Below, in pieces: positions 16,593 to 26,473 of a stretch of 64,000 bases of DNA (the first letter of the stretch is position 1; every line of letters starts with the position of its first letter). A program made the position numbers and the translations under genes. The DNA is taken from the IMG/VR virus record IMGVR_UViG_3300010340_000980. One strand, 5' to 3'. The notes under the pieces are model-generated. The model searched no databases. It was not told the origin of the DNA and was given only the letters and a program-made list of their open reading frames with translations. The DNA is from an uncultured virus (IMG/VR IMGVR_UViG_3300010340_000980). Taxonomy: Duplodnaviria; Heunggongvirae; Uroviricota; Caudoviricetes.

Positions 16593-17063
16593 TTAAATTT
16601 TAACTAGATATTTTTCTCCACTACCTGGTCTAAAAGATTCTAATGCTCTAATTGCAGATGAACTGATATGTTCAAATTCTTCATCACAACGGATGAAAAC
16701 TACATTAACATCCTTTTTAAAATCTTTGATAAATTTCAATTGGTTATCTTCGTAGTCCAAATCATCACCATTTCGTAACCCACGAACTAAAATAACATTA
16801 TATCCTTCAGTCTCTTTCTTCTCAATCAATTCGTGTAAGAAGGTAGTATATACTTCTACTGGAACATCTAATCCTTTTGATAGTTTTAGTGCACGATCAA
16901 GAAGTTCAGATTGATCCATTGGTGTAGTAACCTTTGAGGGGTTTACACCAATGGCAATCATAATATTTCCATATCCGAATATTTTTTCCATTTTATTTAC
17001 TATATTCAAGTGACCAATATGGAATGGATTGAAACTACCACAATATACAGCTAGTGTCTTCAT
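16593..17063 (-). CDS. coaD: phosphopantetheine adenylyltransferase
   Basis: Y.GSFNPFH.GH, LVRGLR...D..YE, ISSSAIR. Confidence 0.85.
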   Translation of the reverse strand: MKTLAVYCGSFNPFHIGHLNIVNKMEKIFGYGNIMIAIGVNPSKVTTPMDQSELLDRALKLSKGLDVPVEVYTTFLHELIEKKETEGYNVILVRGLRNGDDLDYEDNQLKFIKDFKKDVNVVFIRCDEEFEHISSSAIRALESFRPGSGEKYLVKI

Positions 17064-17095
17064 ATTTGATTTGTTGTTTTACAAATATAAGGATA

Positions 17096-18295
17096 TTAAT
17101 CGAAATTATTCCATTTTTCTGAAATTGGATATTGATTAATTGGAAGTGTTTCATCATCATTTAGGTCAATAAAATCAGATAAATCAAGTTCATCAATATA
17201 TTCTTCGAGTTCTTGACGATTTGCCTCAGTCACTCGTCCATCAGAATATGTTACTTTCAATAAAAAACCATCCCATGTCATTGTGAAATATGAAAGCTCT
17301 ATATCTTCTAAAAAGTTATAGATTGCAGCTTCTTCATTTATGATTCTTAAAGGATCAAGTTCAATAGATACTAGTTTACCAGTTAGTTTTTCAACTTCAA
17401 TGGAACTAACATATCGATATTCTTCATCCCAGAATCTAATCTTCTCAGTTTTAGCAACTGGTGTCATTGGCTTATATGAAGATGTTGTGTAACTTGGATA
17501 TGGATATTCCCAATCATCCCAACCACTTCGTCCACTATATCCATAACCATAAGAAGAGTATTCAACTTTAGAAGGATCACGCTCAACTGGTAATGAATTC
17601 CAATCAACTTTAGTACAAGCTTCAGCTAACTTTGTTAAGTGTTCGATATCTTGTCTCTCACTAAAAGTGTGTTCGGAATAATACCCTACTGAAATATTTG
17701 TACATTCTGGATAGATTTTTACAAATTGAGCAGAGTCTGTATAAATACCAGTTGGGTCATTTTTATATTTGAAACTAGATTCAGCATCATTAAGTTGTTT
17801 AGAAAGTTCTTCTCCAAACTTATCTGAACAACATCTTGAACTAGCTTGAAAAGTTATTACTGAATCGGTTCCTCTACGGTCAAATGAGATTACTTTATTT
17901 ATATAAGGTAATTTTTCTATTTTGTGTTTTTCAGCAACTTTTTTAGAACCAATACAACCAACTTCCTCACCCAAAAAAAAGTAATAGAGTCCTGGAATGT
18001 TCTTCTCAATCATATAAAACATAATAGTCATACCTGCCTTATCATCAGCACCTAATATTGTAGTACCATCTGTTTTAATAATATCACCATCAAAAACATG
18101 ATTAATTTTAGTATAAGCTGAAGTCGCTGTATCTAAGTGAGAAGTAAACATAACATCACTTTCACCAATTTTTATGAAAAGATTACCAAAATCATCCATT
18201 TCTAGATTCTGTGGTAGTCTATCAAATAACTCATGTTCCTTACCGTGTGGGTAAGTATGAGTGGTAAGACTTATAAATTTTTCTTTAATGTTCAT
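17096..18295 (-). CDS. M20/M28-family metallopeptidase-like protein
   Basis: SHLDT, LGADDKAG, GEEVG..GS, SFDRRG, NISVGY...H. Confidence 0.85.
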   Translation of the reverse strand: MNIKEKFISLTTHTYPHGKEHELFDRLPQNLEMDDFGNLFIKIGESDVMFTSHLDTATSAYTKINHVFDGDIIKTDGTTILGADDKAGMTIMFYMIEKNIPGLYYFFLGEEVGCIGSKKVAEKHKIEKLPYINKVISFDRRGTDSVITFQASSRCCSDKFGEELSKQLNDAESSFKYKNDPTGIYTDSAQFVKIYPECTNISVGYYSEHTFSERQDIEHLTKLAEACTKVDWNSLPVERDPSKVEYSSYGYGYSGRSGWDDWEYPYPSYTTSSYKPMTPVAKTEKIRFWDEEYRYVSSIEVEKLTGKLVSIELDPLRIINEEAAIYNFLEDIELSYFTMTWDGFLLKVTYSDGRVTEANRQELEEYIDELDLSDFIDLNDDETLPINQYPISEKWNNFD

Positions 18296-18421
18296 AGATT
18301 CACACTATTAGTCGAAATAAACATATTTCAGATACAAATATAAGAACTTTTATTTAATTTACAAATTTTCATCACACTTTTAAAAAACTTTTTACAAATA
18401 TACTAATTTTATATATACATC

Positions 18422-20716
18422 ATGTCACAGATTCTAAATGATTTTAACACTGGTATAATAAACATTAGTCAAAAATATAATGTATCAGCTACTCAATCAG
18501 AGATAGATGCAACTCCATATTTTGAAAATATAGAACAAGAATACACAATATCTTTTATACAATTAGAAAAAATTAAAAAATTTACAAAATTTTCTTACAT
18601 TGCTTCTGATATGCTAGAAACAAGATATTTAAACGCATATTATAGAATATCTAGAAATGGAAGTTCTTGGACAGATTGGTTAATTTTAATTGATAATTCT
18701 GGAGATGAAATAGAAAATAATGCTGAGATATATAATTTTCCATTATTTGATCCACTTGATAAAATGTGGATAGATATAAAATTTATTAGAAAAGGTTCTA
18801 AAGAAGATGGTGATATAAGACTAATTTCATTTGAAATAGAAGGGGAACTATTAAAAGATTTAAATGATGGTACGGTAATAGTTAAAAATGGTAAAGAATC
18901 TATAATAGAACCACCATTTATATTTAAAGTTTTCAAAATACAAGATATTGAAATAATATCATCAAATAATTTATTAGATGTTGAATTTAAATATAGATTT
19001 TCACAAGATAATTCTAGAACTTGGTCAGAGTGGGAACCACTTACAAAACAAAATATATCAACAAAAAGAATAAATCCTATTCGTTTTTTTCAAATTCAAT
19101 ATTTGATAATTAATAATTCTGGATCATCTGTAAAAATACAAGATATAAATCTAATTGGAGATTTTCAAAATGTATCTCTTGATAGCCAAAAAACTAATCT
19201 ATATGGTATAAGAGATTGTTGCCAATCATATGTACTTGCTGATGGTTCAATTGTAAATGGTGCTTTAGATGAAAATGGTAATATAGTTATAAATACAACT
19301 GGTGTTTTGGATAGTCAATCCTGTACAACTGGAAATGTTTTTAAACCATTAACTACTGATGAAAAATCGAAATTATATAATCCTTATCAACAAAATTCTG
19401 CTATGAATTTACTTAATAAACTAAGTAATGATGCTATGGAAGTTTTTGGTTGGAGAGTTAAATATTTTGTCACCGATCCAGATGGTAAAGGTATAGACTA
19501 TTCATTACATGAATTCCAATTATACAATATTGTATGTGAGGAAGAGATTAAAATAGCAGTTGAAAATAATCAATTCCCGGATAATCAAATAGTAATGAAT
19601 CAATTCGACCTATCACTATTTGATTCATTTGAAGTTCATATAACTAAAGAATCATTTAAAGCATCTTTTGGTGTTCAAAGAAGACCTTCAAAAGAAGATT
19701 TAATATATTTTTGTGATATTAACAGAATGTTTATTGTCGATCATGCCCAACAATTTAGAAATTTTAATAATGCTGCAATATATTATAAAGTTGTATTGAA
19801 AAAATACAACAAATCTTCAAATGTATTACCAGGAAGTAAAGGTGTTGAGGATAGAATTAAGGAGCTTACTAAAAATTCAACGATTGATGAATTATTTGGT
19901 GTTGAAAATTCTCAAGATAAAAATTCTATTGCTAATAAACCACAACAACAAACACTCACAAAAGATCCAATTAGATTAGAATATAAATCAGATATAGTAA
20001 AAGAATTAATTGAAAATTCATCAACAATTATATCTAAACAACATTATGATTTTGCAAGTTTATTAATAAATGGATTTGTAGTTGCTACACAATCTATACC
20101 AGCTGTTACATATAAATCGATTGATTCTACTTTAAAAGTATCAGATAATATTGGATACTTTATGTGGTTTAATATAAATAATTATATTCAAGATGAAGTC
20201 TATAATATATTTACAAATTATGATGAAAGTAATAATTTAGGCTGGAAGATAAATCTAAAAAATGATAATATTAAACTTAATATAAATAGTGATTCATATA
20301 CATTTAGTTTTACTGGATCAACAAATTCTGTAAGTGATATATATGAAAATATTTGGTATTGTTATGTGATTAATGTAGATCAACGAAATAGAAAATTAGA
20401 TCAATGGATTTATAAAAGAAATGTTGATATAGATTCAGAAGACGAAGCTAGATTTCTACCATCAACTATTTTAGAAAAAGTCTTTGTAAATACTCAAGAA
20501 TATACCCCTGTTGATTTCCAATTAGAAGGAGTTGATTCTTTAATTTATGCATCAGATATGAAAGTAACAAATATTAGATTATTTAATGATGTGATTCCTG
20601 TAACTGAACATAATAAAATATTAAATCAGTATATTATAGGTGATGATTCTAAACATTTAGTATTTGCGGATAATGCAAATATCCGTTTAACTCTTCCAAA
20701 TTTTCCTTTAAATTAA
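18422..20716 (+). CDS. probable virion protein (neck/head-completion-like central region, LamG-like C-terminus)
   Basis: 764 aa; late-type TATATATA promoter; RRPSKEDLIYF resembles T4 gp14-type neck proteins. Confidence 0.5.
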   Translation: MSQILNDFNTGIINISQKYNVSATQSEIDATPYFENIEQEYTISFIQLEKIKKFTKFSYIASDMLETRYLNAYYRISRNGSSWTDWLILIDNSGDEIENNAEIYNFPLFDPLDKMWIDIKFIRKGSKEDGDIRLISFEIEGELLKDLNDGTVIVKNGKESIIEPPFIFKVFKIQDIEIISSNNLLDVEFKYRFSQDNSRTWSEWEPLTKQNISTKRINPIRFFQIQYLIINNSGSSVKIQDINLIGDFQNVSLDSQKTNLYGIRDCCQSYVLADGSIVNGALDENGNIVINTTGVLDSQSCTTGNVFKPLTTDEKSKLYNPYQQNSAMNLLNKLSNDAMEVFGWRVKYFVTDPDGKGIDYSLHEFQLYNIVCEEEIKIAVENNQFPDNQIVMNQFDLSLFDSFEVHITKESFKASFGVQRRPSKEDLIYFCDINRMFIVDHAQQFRNFNNAAIYYKVVLKKYNKSSNVLPGSKGVEDRIKELTKNSTIDELFGVENSQDKNSIANKPQQQTLTKDPIRLEYKSDIVKELIENSSTIISKQHYDFASLLINGFVVATQSIPAVTYKSIDSTLKVSDNIGYFMWFNINNYIQDEVYNIFTNYDESNNLGWKINLKNDNIKLNINSDSYTFSFTGSTNSVSDIYENIWYCYVINVDQRNRKLDQWIYKRNVDIDSEDEARFLPSTILEKVFVNTQEYTPVDFQLEGVDSLIYASDMKVTNIRLFNDVIPVTEHNKILNQYIIGDDSKHLVFADNANIRLTLPNFPLN

Positions 20717-20766
20717 TACAAACAAAACAATTTATTCAATATATAAATTAAAATATTAAAGAGATT

Positions 20767-21030
20767 ATGGGATCAATGAAAGAAGAGTCTATTAGAAATT
20801 ATGTATTATCTATTGACTTCAATAAAGATGATTGGAGACTTTCACAAATAAAAGAGGATATGAGAAAATTTCTTGGAGAAGAACCTGGAATTGACATTCT
20901 TTATAAAAAAGATGTAATTCTTAATGAATTTATTGGAGAAGCTGAAGAAATTAAAAAAATTGAAAAAATATCAATCGTTTTCACAGATTTGGATGATAAA
21001 TTTAAAAAAATAGAATTCTTAATCGACTAA
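20767..21030 (+). CDS. hypothetical protein
   Basis: 87-aa ORF. Confidence 0.65.
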   Translation: MGSMKEESIRNYVLSIDFNKDDWRLSQIKEDMRKFLGEEPGIDILYKKDVILNEFIGEAEEIKKIEKISIVFTDLDDKFKKIEFLID

Positions 21031-21046
21031 AAAATTATTTTTATGA

Positions 21047-21277
21047 ATGGATATTACAAATTATTATCTAAATTTTGGAGCACTTAATTTACTTGAAAAA
21101 GAAGATAAAACTAGAATACATGAATACTATCGAGACATGGTTTATGCAAACTCAGATGGTCGAAAAGAAGTCGTTACTTCTTTATTTAATACTCTAAATC
21201 AAAATGGATTTTTACTAAATATTAGAGAAGAAAAATTAAATAATATTTTAGATGGAGATAACAGCATCGATTCTTGA
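21047..21277 (+). CDS. hypothetical protein with REEKLNNIL motif
   Basis: ORF in operon. Confidence 0.6.
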   Translation: MDITNYYLNFGALNLLEKEDKTRIHEYYRDMVYANSDGRKEVVTSLFNTLNQNGFLLNIREEKLNNILDGDNSIDS

Positions 21278-21533
21278 TTATCTTGGCAAATATGAAAACG
21301 GAATTCTTGTATCTGTAGGATTAATGTATAAAGATAAATTTTATAATTCTATATTTTATTATACTGAAAATCAAATGATCATTAATGTTGAAGAAAAAAT
21401 GATTAATGATGTTGGTTACGAAATTGAACAACATAAAGATTACTTACCATTACTTAAATCTATAATAGAAAAATGTGAACCATTTGAAGAAGTTATAGAT
21501 CAATTAAATGAAATAAAAACAAATAATGAATGA
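21252..21533 (+). CDS. hypothetical protein
   Basis: ORF in operon. Confidence 0.6.
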   Translation: MEITASILDYLGKYENGILVSVGLMYKDKFYNSIFYYTENQMIINVEEKMINDVGYEIEQHKDYLPLLKSIIEKCEPFEEVIDQLNEIKTNNE

Positions 21534-21864
21534 AGATTTAAAAAATATAGTAGGTTTGTATAATTTTGTAGATGAAGATACATTTCGTCCAAAATCCAGA
21601 CTTATAAGATATATTGATGGTCAATTATTTCACTCACCATTATTAAGTATGTCAGCTGAAATGGTACAAGATTTAAGAGCCTATATGTCACAAGAACAGG
21701 TTGAAATTGAAATCACAAGTACTATTCTAAAAGAATATAAGTTAGAACAATATACTTTGATGAATGAATCTGATATTCAAAAAGCATCTGAACAGATTGA
21801 GTACCTTAAAAAGGTTATACTTAGAGATATTAAAATTAATGAGATTTTAAATGGAAATATATAA
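21526..21864 (+). CDS. hypothetical protein with RDIKINEIL motif
   Basis: ORF in operon. Confidence 0.6.
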   Translation: MNEDLKNIVGLYNFVDEDTFRPKSRLIRYIDGQLFHSPLLSMSAEMVQDLRAYMSQEQVEIEITSTILKEYKLEQYTLMNESDIQKASEQIEYLKKVILRDIKINEILNGNI

Positions 21865-21886
21865 TTTCTGTTTAATTAACATTATT

Positions 21887-22270
21887 TTACATAACGAATG
21901 ATAAATACATCTGACTGAAATAATCAGGTATCAATTCAAAAAATTCTTCAAAATTAAATTCAGGAGTTGTAATATCAGAACTTTCATTCTCAGTCCAATA
22001 ATAAGAGAGTTCGAAATTTTCCGAACTTAGATATGTGATTAAATGTTCAAGTATACCTTTAATCACATTTTTGTCAATAATTTTATAGTGGTCTTCGAAA
22101 TCTATTTCGATTTTTTTCCTATCATTTGTTGGAAAAGTTACTTTATAATTTATAAATTCATCTTTAAGTGGTAATAGAATATCATCAATTTCAGATGGAA
22201 GTATATCCCTTCTAAATTTATAATTATTACCACTTATACTTGCCTCATTAAATTTTCTCAAATATTTCAT
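21887..22270 (-). CDS. hypothetical protein with MKYLRKFNE leader
   Basis: ORF in a late-type unit. Confidence 0.65.
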   Translation of the reverse strand: MKYLRKFNEASISGNNYKFRRDILPSEIDDILLPLKDEFINYKVTFPTNDRKKIEIDFEDHYKIIDKNVIKGILEHLITYLSSENFELSYYWTENESSDITTPEFNFEEFFELIPDYFSQMYLSFVM

Positions 22271-22668
22271 ATTTTTATGTTTTTCTTATATGTTTTGTAT
22301 ATTCCTAATACAGCACCTGCTGCCCAAATTATAAAGTGTGGCACACCTGGTTCTTGTCCTTTATTAGTTACAAAAGGTTCTACTCCAGAGATATCTAAAA
22401 CAATTGAAAGTAAATAAAAAATAAAACTTCCTAATATAGCACCTAACTCATATTTTAATAGTTTTAGCTCTAGTTTATAATAAAATTTTAGCAATTTTTT
22501 AGCAATTTCTAATTTTGGAGTATTTTCATCAATATCTAGTTTTTCTTTAAGTAATTTTTTTATTTCTTTTAAATTAAATTTATTATATAAATCTGATAAT
22601 TTGCTTTCAAAAATAAATGTATTTTGATTTTCATTGAACTCTCTGAAATTTTGTATGTTCTTAACCAT
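22267..22668 (-). CDS. membrane protein with NIQNFREFNE leader
   Basis: Two C-terminal TM segments; TAATATATAC upstream. Confidence 0.65.
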   Translation of the reverse strand: MVKNIQNFREFNENQNTFIFESKLSDLYNKFNLKEIKKLLKEKLDIDENTPKLEIAKKLLKFYYKLELKLLKYELGAILGSFIFYLLSIVLDISGVEPFVTNKGQEPGVPHFIIWAAGAVLGIYKTYKKNIKI

Positions 22669-22745
22669 AACAATAAATTTTGTTTAAAGTATATATTAAA
22701 CTACTTAGTTAATTTTGAATAAAAATAAAAAATAATTTTTATGAA

Positions 22746-24458
22746 ATGTTAATTGAAGAAATTGGAATCAAAAATTTTAAATCATTTGGAAATGCTAGAC
22801 AATCTGTGACTCTAAATACTGAGAAAGGTGGTCTTATTTTATTGGTGGGTAATAATGGTATGGGTAAATCTAGCTTTTTACAATCATTTGATTATATTTT
22901 ATATGGTAAGTGTCGTGGATCAAAGAAGAAATGGGCATCACAATCCACACTACCCAATAGAATAAATGGCGGTGAATTACAGATAGATATAAAATTCAAA
23001 TCTAAAGGAACGGATATAATATTAAAGAGAGGAATTTCACCAAATATATTAGAACTCTGGGAAAATGGTGTTTTAAATGAAAGAGCTGGTAAAATTAATA
23101 TAGATCAGAGGGTAGAAGATTATATTGGAATGGATGTAGAAACATTTAATTCTTTTATGTCAATGAATGTAAATTCATTTAAAAATTTTATCTCATTGAG
23201 TTCAGAAGAAAAACAACTACTTCTTGATAAGTTATTTAATCTTGAAGTTATTAATATTCTTAACTCAATTCTTAAAGAGTTAAATAAAAATAATAAGATT
23301 CGTATGGCAAGTTTAGACTCTGAAATATCTACACTTAATGAATCTATTCAATCTATTCAGAGATCTATTGATAAAGCAATTGAAAAAGAAAAAGAAAATA
23401 CACAATCGGAAATTGATAAGATTAAGTCTGATATGGATTCTAAGAAAGAAGAATATGCTTCTTTAAAAGAAAAAGTTGAAAAAATTAAATCTAAAGATTC
23501 TGAATTAGTTGACGAATTAGAAAAAGAGAAACGCCAATATATCATTTTACAAACTGATATTAAAGGTGTTCAAAAAGATATTGATCTTTATGATTCTGGT
23601 AAATGTCCAACTTGCAAAACAGATTTCGATTCTGATCATTTTGTCTCTTTAAGATCGACACTTGTTGAAAAGAAACAATCACTGGAAAATATTAGATTGG
23701 AGTTAGAAACTAATATCAAAAGTATTAAAGAAAAACAACTTAAACTACAAAATATTTCTGAAAAAGCTTCAAAAGCTTTTAACGATATAACTTATTTTTT
23801 AAAAAATTGTAAGTCTCAAATTGAAAAATTACAACTAAAACAAACAAAAGAAGATGATAAATCTTCTGATAATGTTAGTGAGTTTAAAAAAACAATAGAG
23901 GATTTAGATAAAAAGAAATCTACATCAGGTGAAAATATTGCACAATGTAAAGATAAGGAGTTGTACTATAAAGAATTAAATAAAATATTTGGTGAAGATG
24001 GTGTTAAGAAATCAATTATATCAGGTATTATTAAACCTATCAATTTCTTTATTAATGAGAATATTAAAAAAATGGGAATGAATTTTGAAGTTTCTTTAGA
24101 TGAAACATTTACAGCAGAAATAAAACATTTAAATTCTCAAATTGATCATGATACATTGAGCACTGGTGAGCAAAAGAAAATTAATGTCGCAATATTAATC
24201 GCTTACTTAAAACTTATTCGTACAAAAAGACATATAAATGTACTTTTCTTAGACGAAGTATTTTCATCAATCGATTTAGAGGGTATATCAGACATATTGT
24301 TGTTGTTAAAGTCATTTTCTAATGAATATAATATTAATATCTTTGTTGTACATCATGCTCTTTTAAATCATGAGAATTTTGATAGAATTATCAGAATTAA
24401 TAAAGAAATATTTTCAAGTATAGAAGAAGTAAATTTTGATACTTTAGTCGATGGATAA
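22746..24458 (+). CDS. Rad50/SbcC/T4 gp46-like recombination ATPase
   Basis: NFKSFGN, GNNGMGKSS, coiled coil with CPTC zinc hook, LSTGE signature, LFLDE. Confidence 0.92.
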   Translation: MLIEEIGIKNFKSFGNARQSVTLNTEKGGLILLVGNNGMGKSSFLQSFDYILYGKCRGSKKKWASQSTLPNRINGGELQIDIKFKSKGTDIILKRGISPNILELWENGVLNERAGKINIDQRVEDYIGMDVETFNSFMSMNVNSFKNFISLSSEEKQLLLDKLFNLEVINILNSILKELNKNNKIRMASLDSEISTLNESIQSIQRSIDKAIEKEKENTQSEIDKIKSDMDSKKEEYASLKEKVEKIKSKDSELVDELEKEKRQYIILQTDIKGVQKDIDLYDSGKCPTCKTDFDSDHFVSLRSTLVEKKQSLENIRLELETNIKSIKEKQLKLQNISEKASKAFNDITYFLKNCKSQIEKLQLKQTKEDDKSSDNVSEFKKTIEDLDKKKSTSGENIAQCKDKELYYKELNKIFGEDGVKKSIISGIIKPINFFINENIKKMGMNFEVSLDETFTAEIKHLNSQIDHDTLSTGEQKKINVAILIAYLKLIRTKRHINVLFLDEVFSSIDLEGISDILLLLKSFSNEYNINIFVVHHALLNHENFDRIIRINKEIFSSIEEVNFDTLVDG

Positions 24459-24720
24459 AAACATACTCATAAAATACGATATTAAAGGAGACTTTCAAGA
24501 AAGATACTTCTACAATATCACATTTATTTATAATAAAGCATCTAATATAATTACTCTTGAGAATGATCCGATTGATGGTGATCTATTTCTTAAAGAAATA
24601 GATGGTAAAAGTATATTAATGGAATATCGAGGGATTTCAAGAGTTGATGGTATGAAAATATTTGTCTTGAATTCTTCTAAAATACGAAGAGAATATAAAA
24701 TTAATGAAATATTAAAATGA
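24451..24720 (+). CDS. hypothetical protein with C-terminal REYKINEIL
   Basis: ORF in operon. Confidence 0.6.
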   Translation: MDKNILIKYDIKGDFQERYFYNITFIYNKASNIITLENDPIDGDLFLKEIDGKSILMEYRGISRVDGMKIFVLNSSKIRREYKINEILK

Positions 24721-25121
24721 AATCATATCTAATAATTAATGAGGACCAAATAATATCAGTTAATCATGTTGATAATCCGATTCGCAGTAAAATGGCTAAT
24801 TCATTTAGACCACTTGGTAATACCTATTCCGAATTAAATATCATACTAAATGTTGATGAATATGTTAAAATTAGAGATTTTTTTGGAACAGATAGAAAAA
24901 AAGAATTTTCTTTAGTTAATATTTATGATGATGATCAAATTTCATTAGTAAAATATTATGGTTCTTATATAAAAGAAATTGCAATACCTCATAACTTTGA
25001 ATCTATTGATGTTGAAATAAATTCAGATTATCATGAAGTTTTTTATGAGAATCTTGATGATTTAAAATATTTATTTAAATCTTGGGAAAGAGAGCGTAAA
25101 ATAAACCAATTGGGAATATAA
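24717..25121 (+). CDS. hypothetical protein with C-terminal RERKINQLGI
   Basis: ORF in operon. Confidence 0.6.
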   Translation: MKSYLIINEDQIISVNHVDNPIRSKMANSFRPLGNTYSELNIILNVDEYVKIRDFFGTDRKKEFSLVNIYDDDQISLVKYYGSYIKEIAIPHNFESIDVEINSDYHEVFYENLDDLKYLFKSWERERKINQLGI

Positions 25122-25123
25122 AT

Positions 25124-25351
25124 ATGGCAGATTTAAATAATGTATCAACAACAATAGTTGGTAATCAAAATATTTCGTATAACGGATCTGTATTTACTAC
25201 TGAAATATCAATTGGTAGTGATATGACTGATTTTTTTGAATTAGTTTTAGCAGCACTTGGATATGATATTACTTATGATGATTTTAGAAAAATGAAAAAA
25301 CATGAACGTAATAAACTAATCCGAGATATAAAATTAAAAACTATAATTTAA
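25124..25351 (+). CDS. hypothetical protein with C-terminal RDIKLKTII
   Basis: ORF in operon. Confidence 0.6.
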   Translation: MADLNNVSTTIVGNQNISYNGSVFTTEISIGSDMTDFFELVLAALGYDITYDDFRKMKKHERNKLIRDIKLKTII

Positions 25352-25755
25352 TGGGATTTAATAAAAGATTTATAAGCAAAGATTTAGTTCTTTCTCAAAA
25401 AAAATTTGAAGATATTGAGAGATTATTTAATGCAGATGCTTTAATATTTGATAATTGGTCATCTAATTTTTTTCAAAGGTTTGATGAAAAATATAAGGAA
25501 TATCAAGATAAAAGAAATAAAATAAATGAGGATCATAAATTTAAATCATCTTGGCCAGATGTCTCAACACTTGATGGATATTATTTAAGTAATATTTTAA
25601 TTAACTTAAAATTAGATCCAAATTGGATTGATATACAACTTTGTATTGAGAATTTTAGACCAATTGATATTCCACAAAGTATTTCAGGTAAATTTGACCT
25701 AATGTGTAATTTTTGCATACAACTAATAGAAAATAAATTAGAAAATGAATTTTAA
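25351..25755 (+). CDS. hypothetical protein
   Basis: ORF starting MGFNKRF, in operon. Confidence 0.6.
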   Translation: MGFNKRFISKDLVLSQKKFEDIERLFNADALIFDNWSSNFFQRFDEKYKEYQDKRNKINEDHKFKSSWPDVSTLDGYYLSNILINLKLDPNWIDIQLCIENFRPIDIPQSISGKFDLMCNFCIQLIENKLENEF

Positions 25756-26473
25756 CAAAAATTACTATAATATACTCGGTGTTACTCATGAGAGTACTGA
25801 GAAAGAAATAAAAAAATCTTATTATAAATTATCATTTGTTTATCATCCAGATAGAAACAAAGACATAGATACTACTATATTTAATTCTATAACAGAAGCA
25901 TATGATGTTCTTATGAGTTCTGAATTAAAATTAGAATATGATAAGAAAAGTAAATATGGTAAAGAATATAATGAACTTGAAGAATTATTTAAAGTAAATC
26001 TAGAATTCGATTATAATAGAGAAAATAATAAGTATGAGGAGTTTAAAAAAAATGCAGTACTTAATATAATTGAATATGTGGATGATAATTTTAATGGAAC
26101 AATTGAATATAATCGATGGGTTATATGTAAAAAATGTAATGGATCTGGTAAAGATACCAAATCTAAATTTGTTATTAAAGATGATAAAGGTAATATAAAA
26201 GGAGTTTTTGATTCAGATGATGGATGTGATTTTTGTGAAGGAACAGGAAAAGATCATTGGGGTAATAAATGTAGTTTCTGTTTCGGTCAAGGAAAAATAG
26301 GTTCTAAAGATTGTGATACTTGTAAAGGTGAAAAACGAATACTAGGAAAACAAAAACTAACAAAGATAAAATTAGATAAAGATAAAGATGAGACAATAGT
26401 TTCACACATGGGTCATTTTTCTAAATATGAGCCTGGTAAAGTTGGAAACCTTATACTAGTTAAAAAAATTTAA
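25745..26473 (+). CDS. DnaJ-family co-chaperone (J domain + zinc finger)
   Basis: YY.ILGV, HPD, four CxxCxGxG-type repeats. Confidence 0.92.
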   Translation: MNFNKNYYNILGVTHESTEKEIKKSYYKLSFVYHPDRNKDIDTTIFNSITEAYDVLMSSELKLEYDKKSKYGKEYNELEELFKVNLEFDYNRENNKYEEFKKNAVLNIIEYVDDNFNGTIEYNRWVICKKCNGSGKDTKSKFVIKDDKGNIKGVFDSDDGCDFCEGTGKDHWGNKCSFCFGQGKIGSKDCDTCKGEKRILGKQKLTKIKLDKDKDETIVSHMGHFSKYEPGKVGNLILVKKI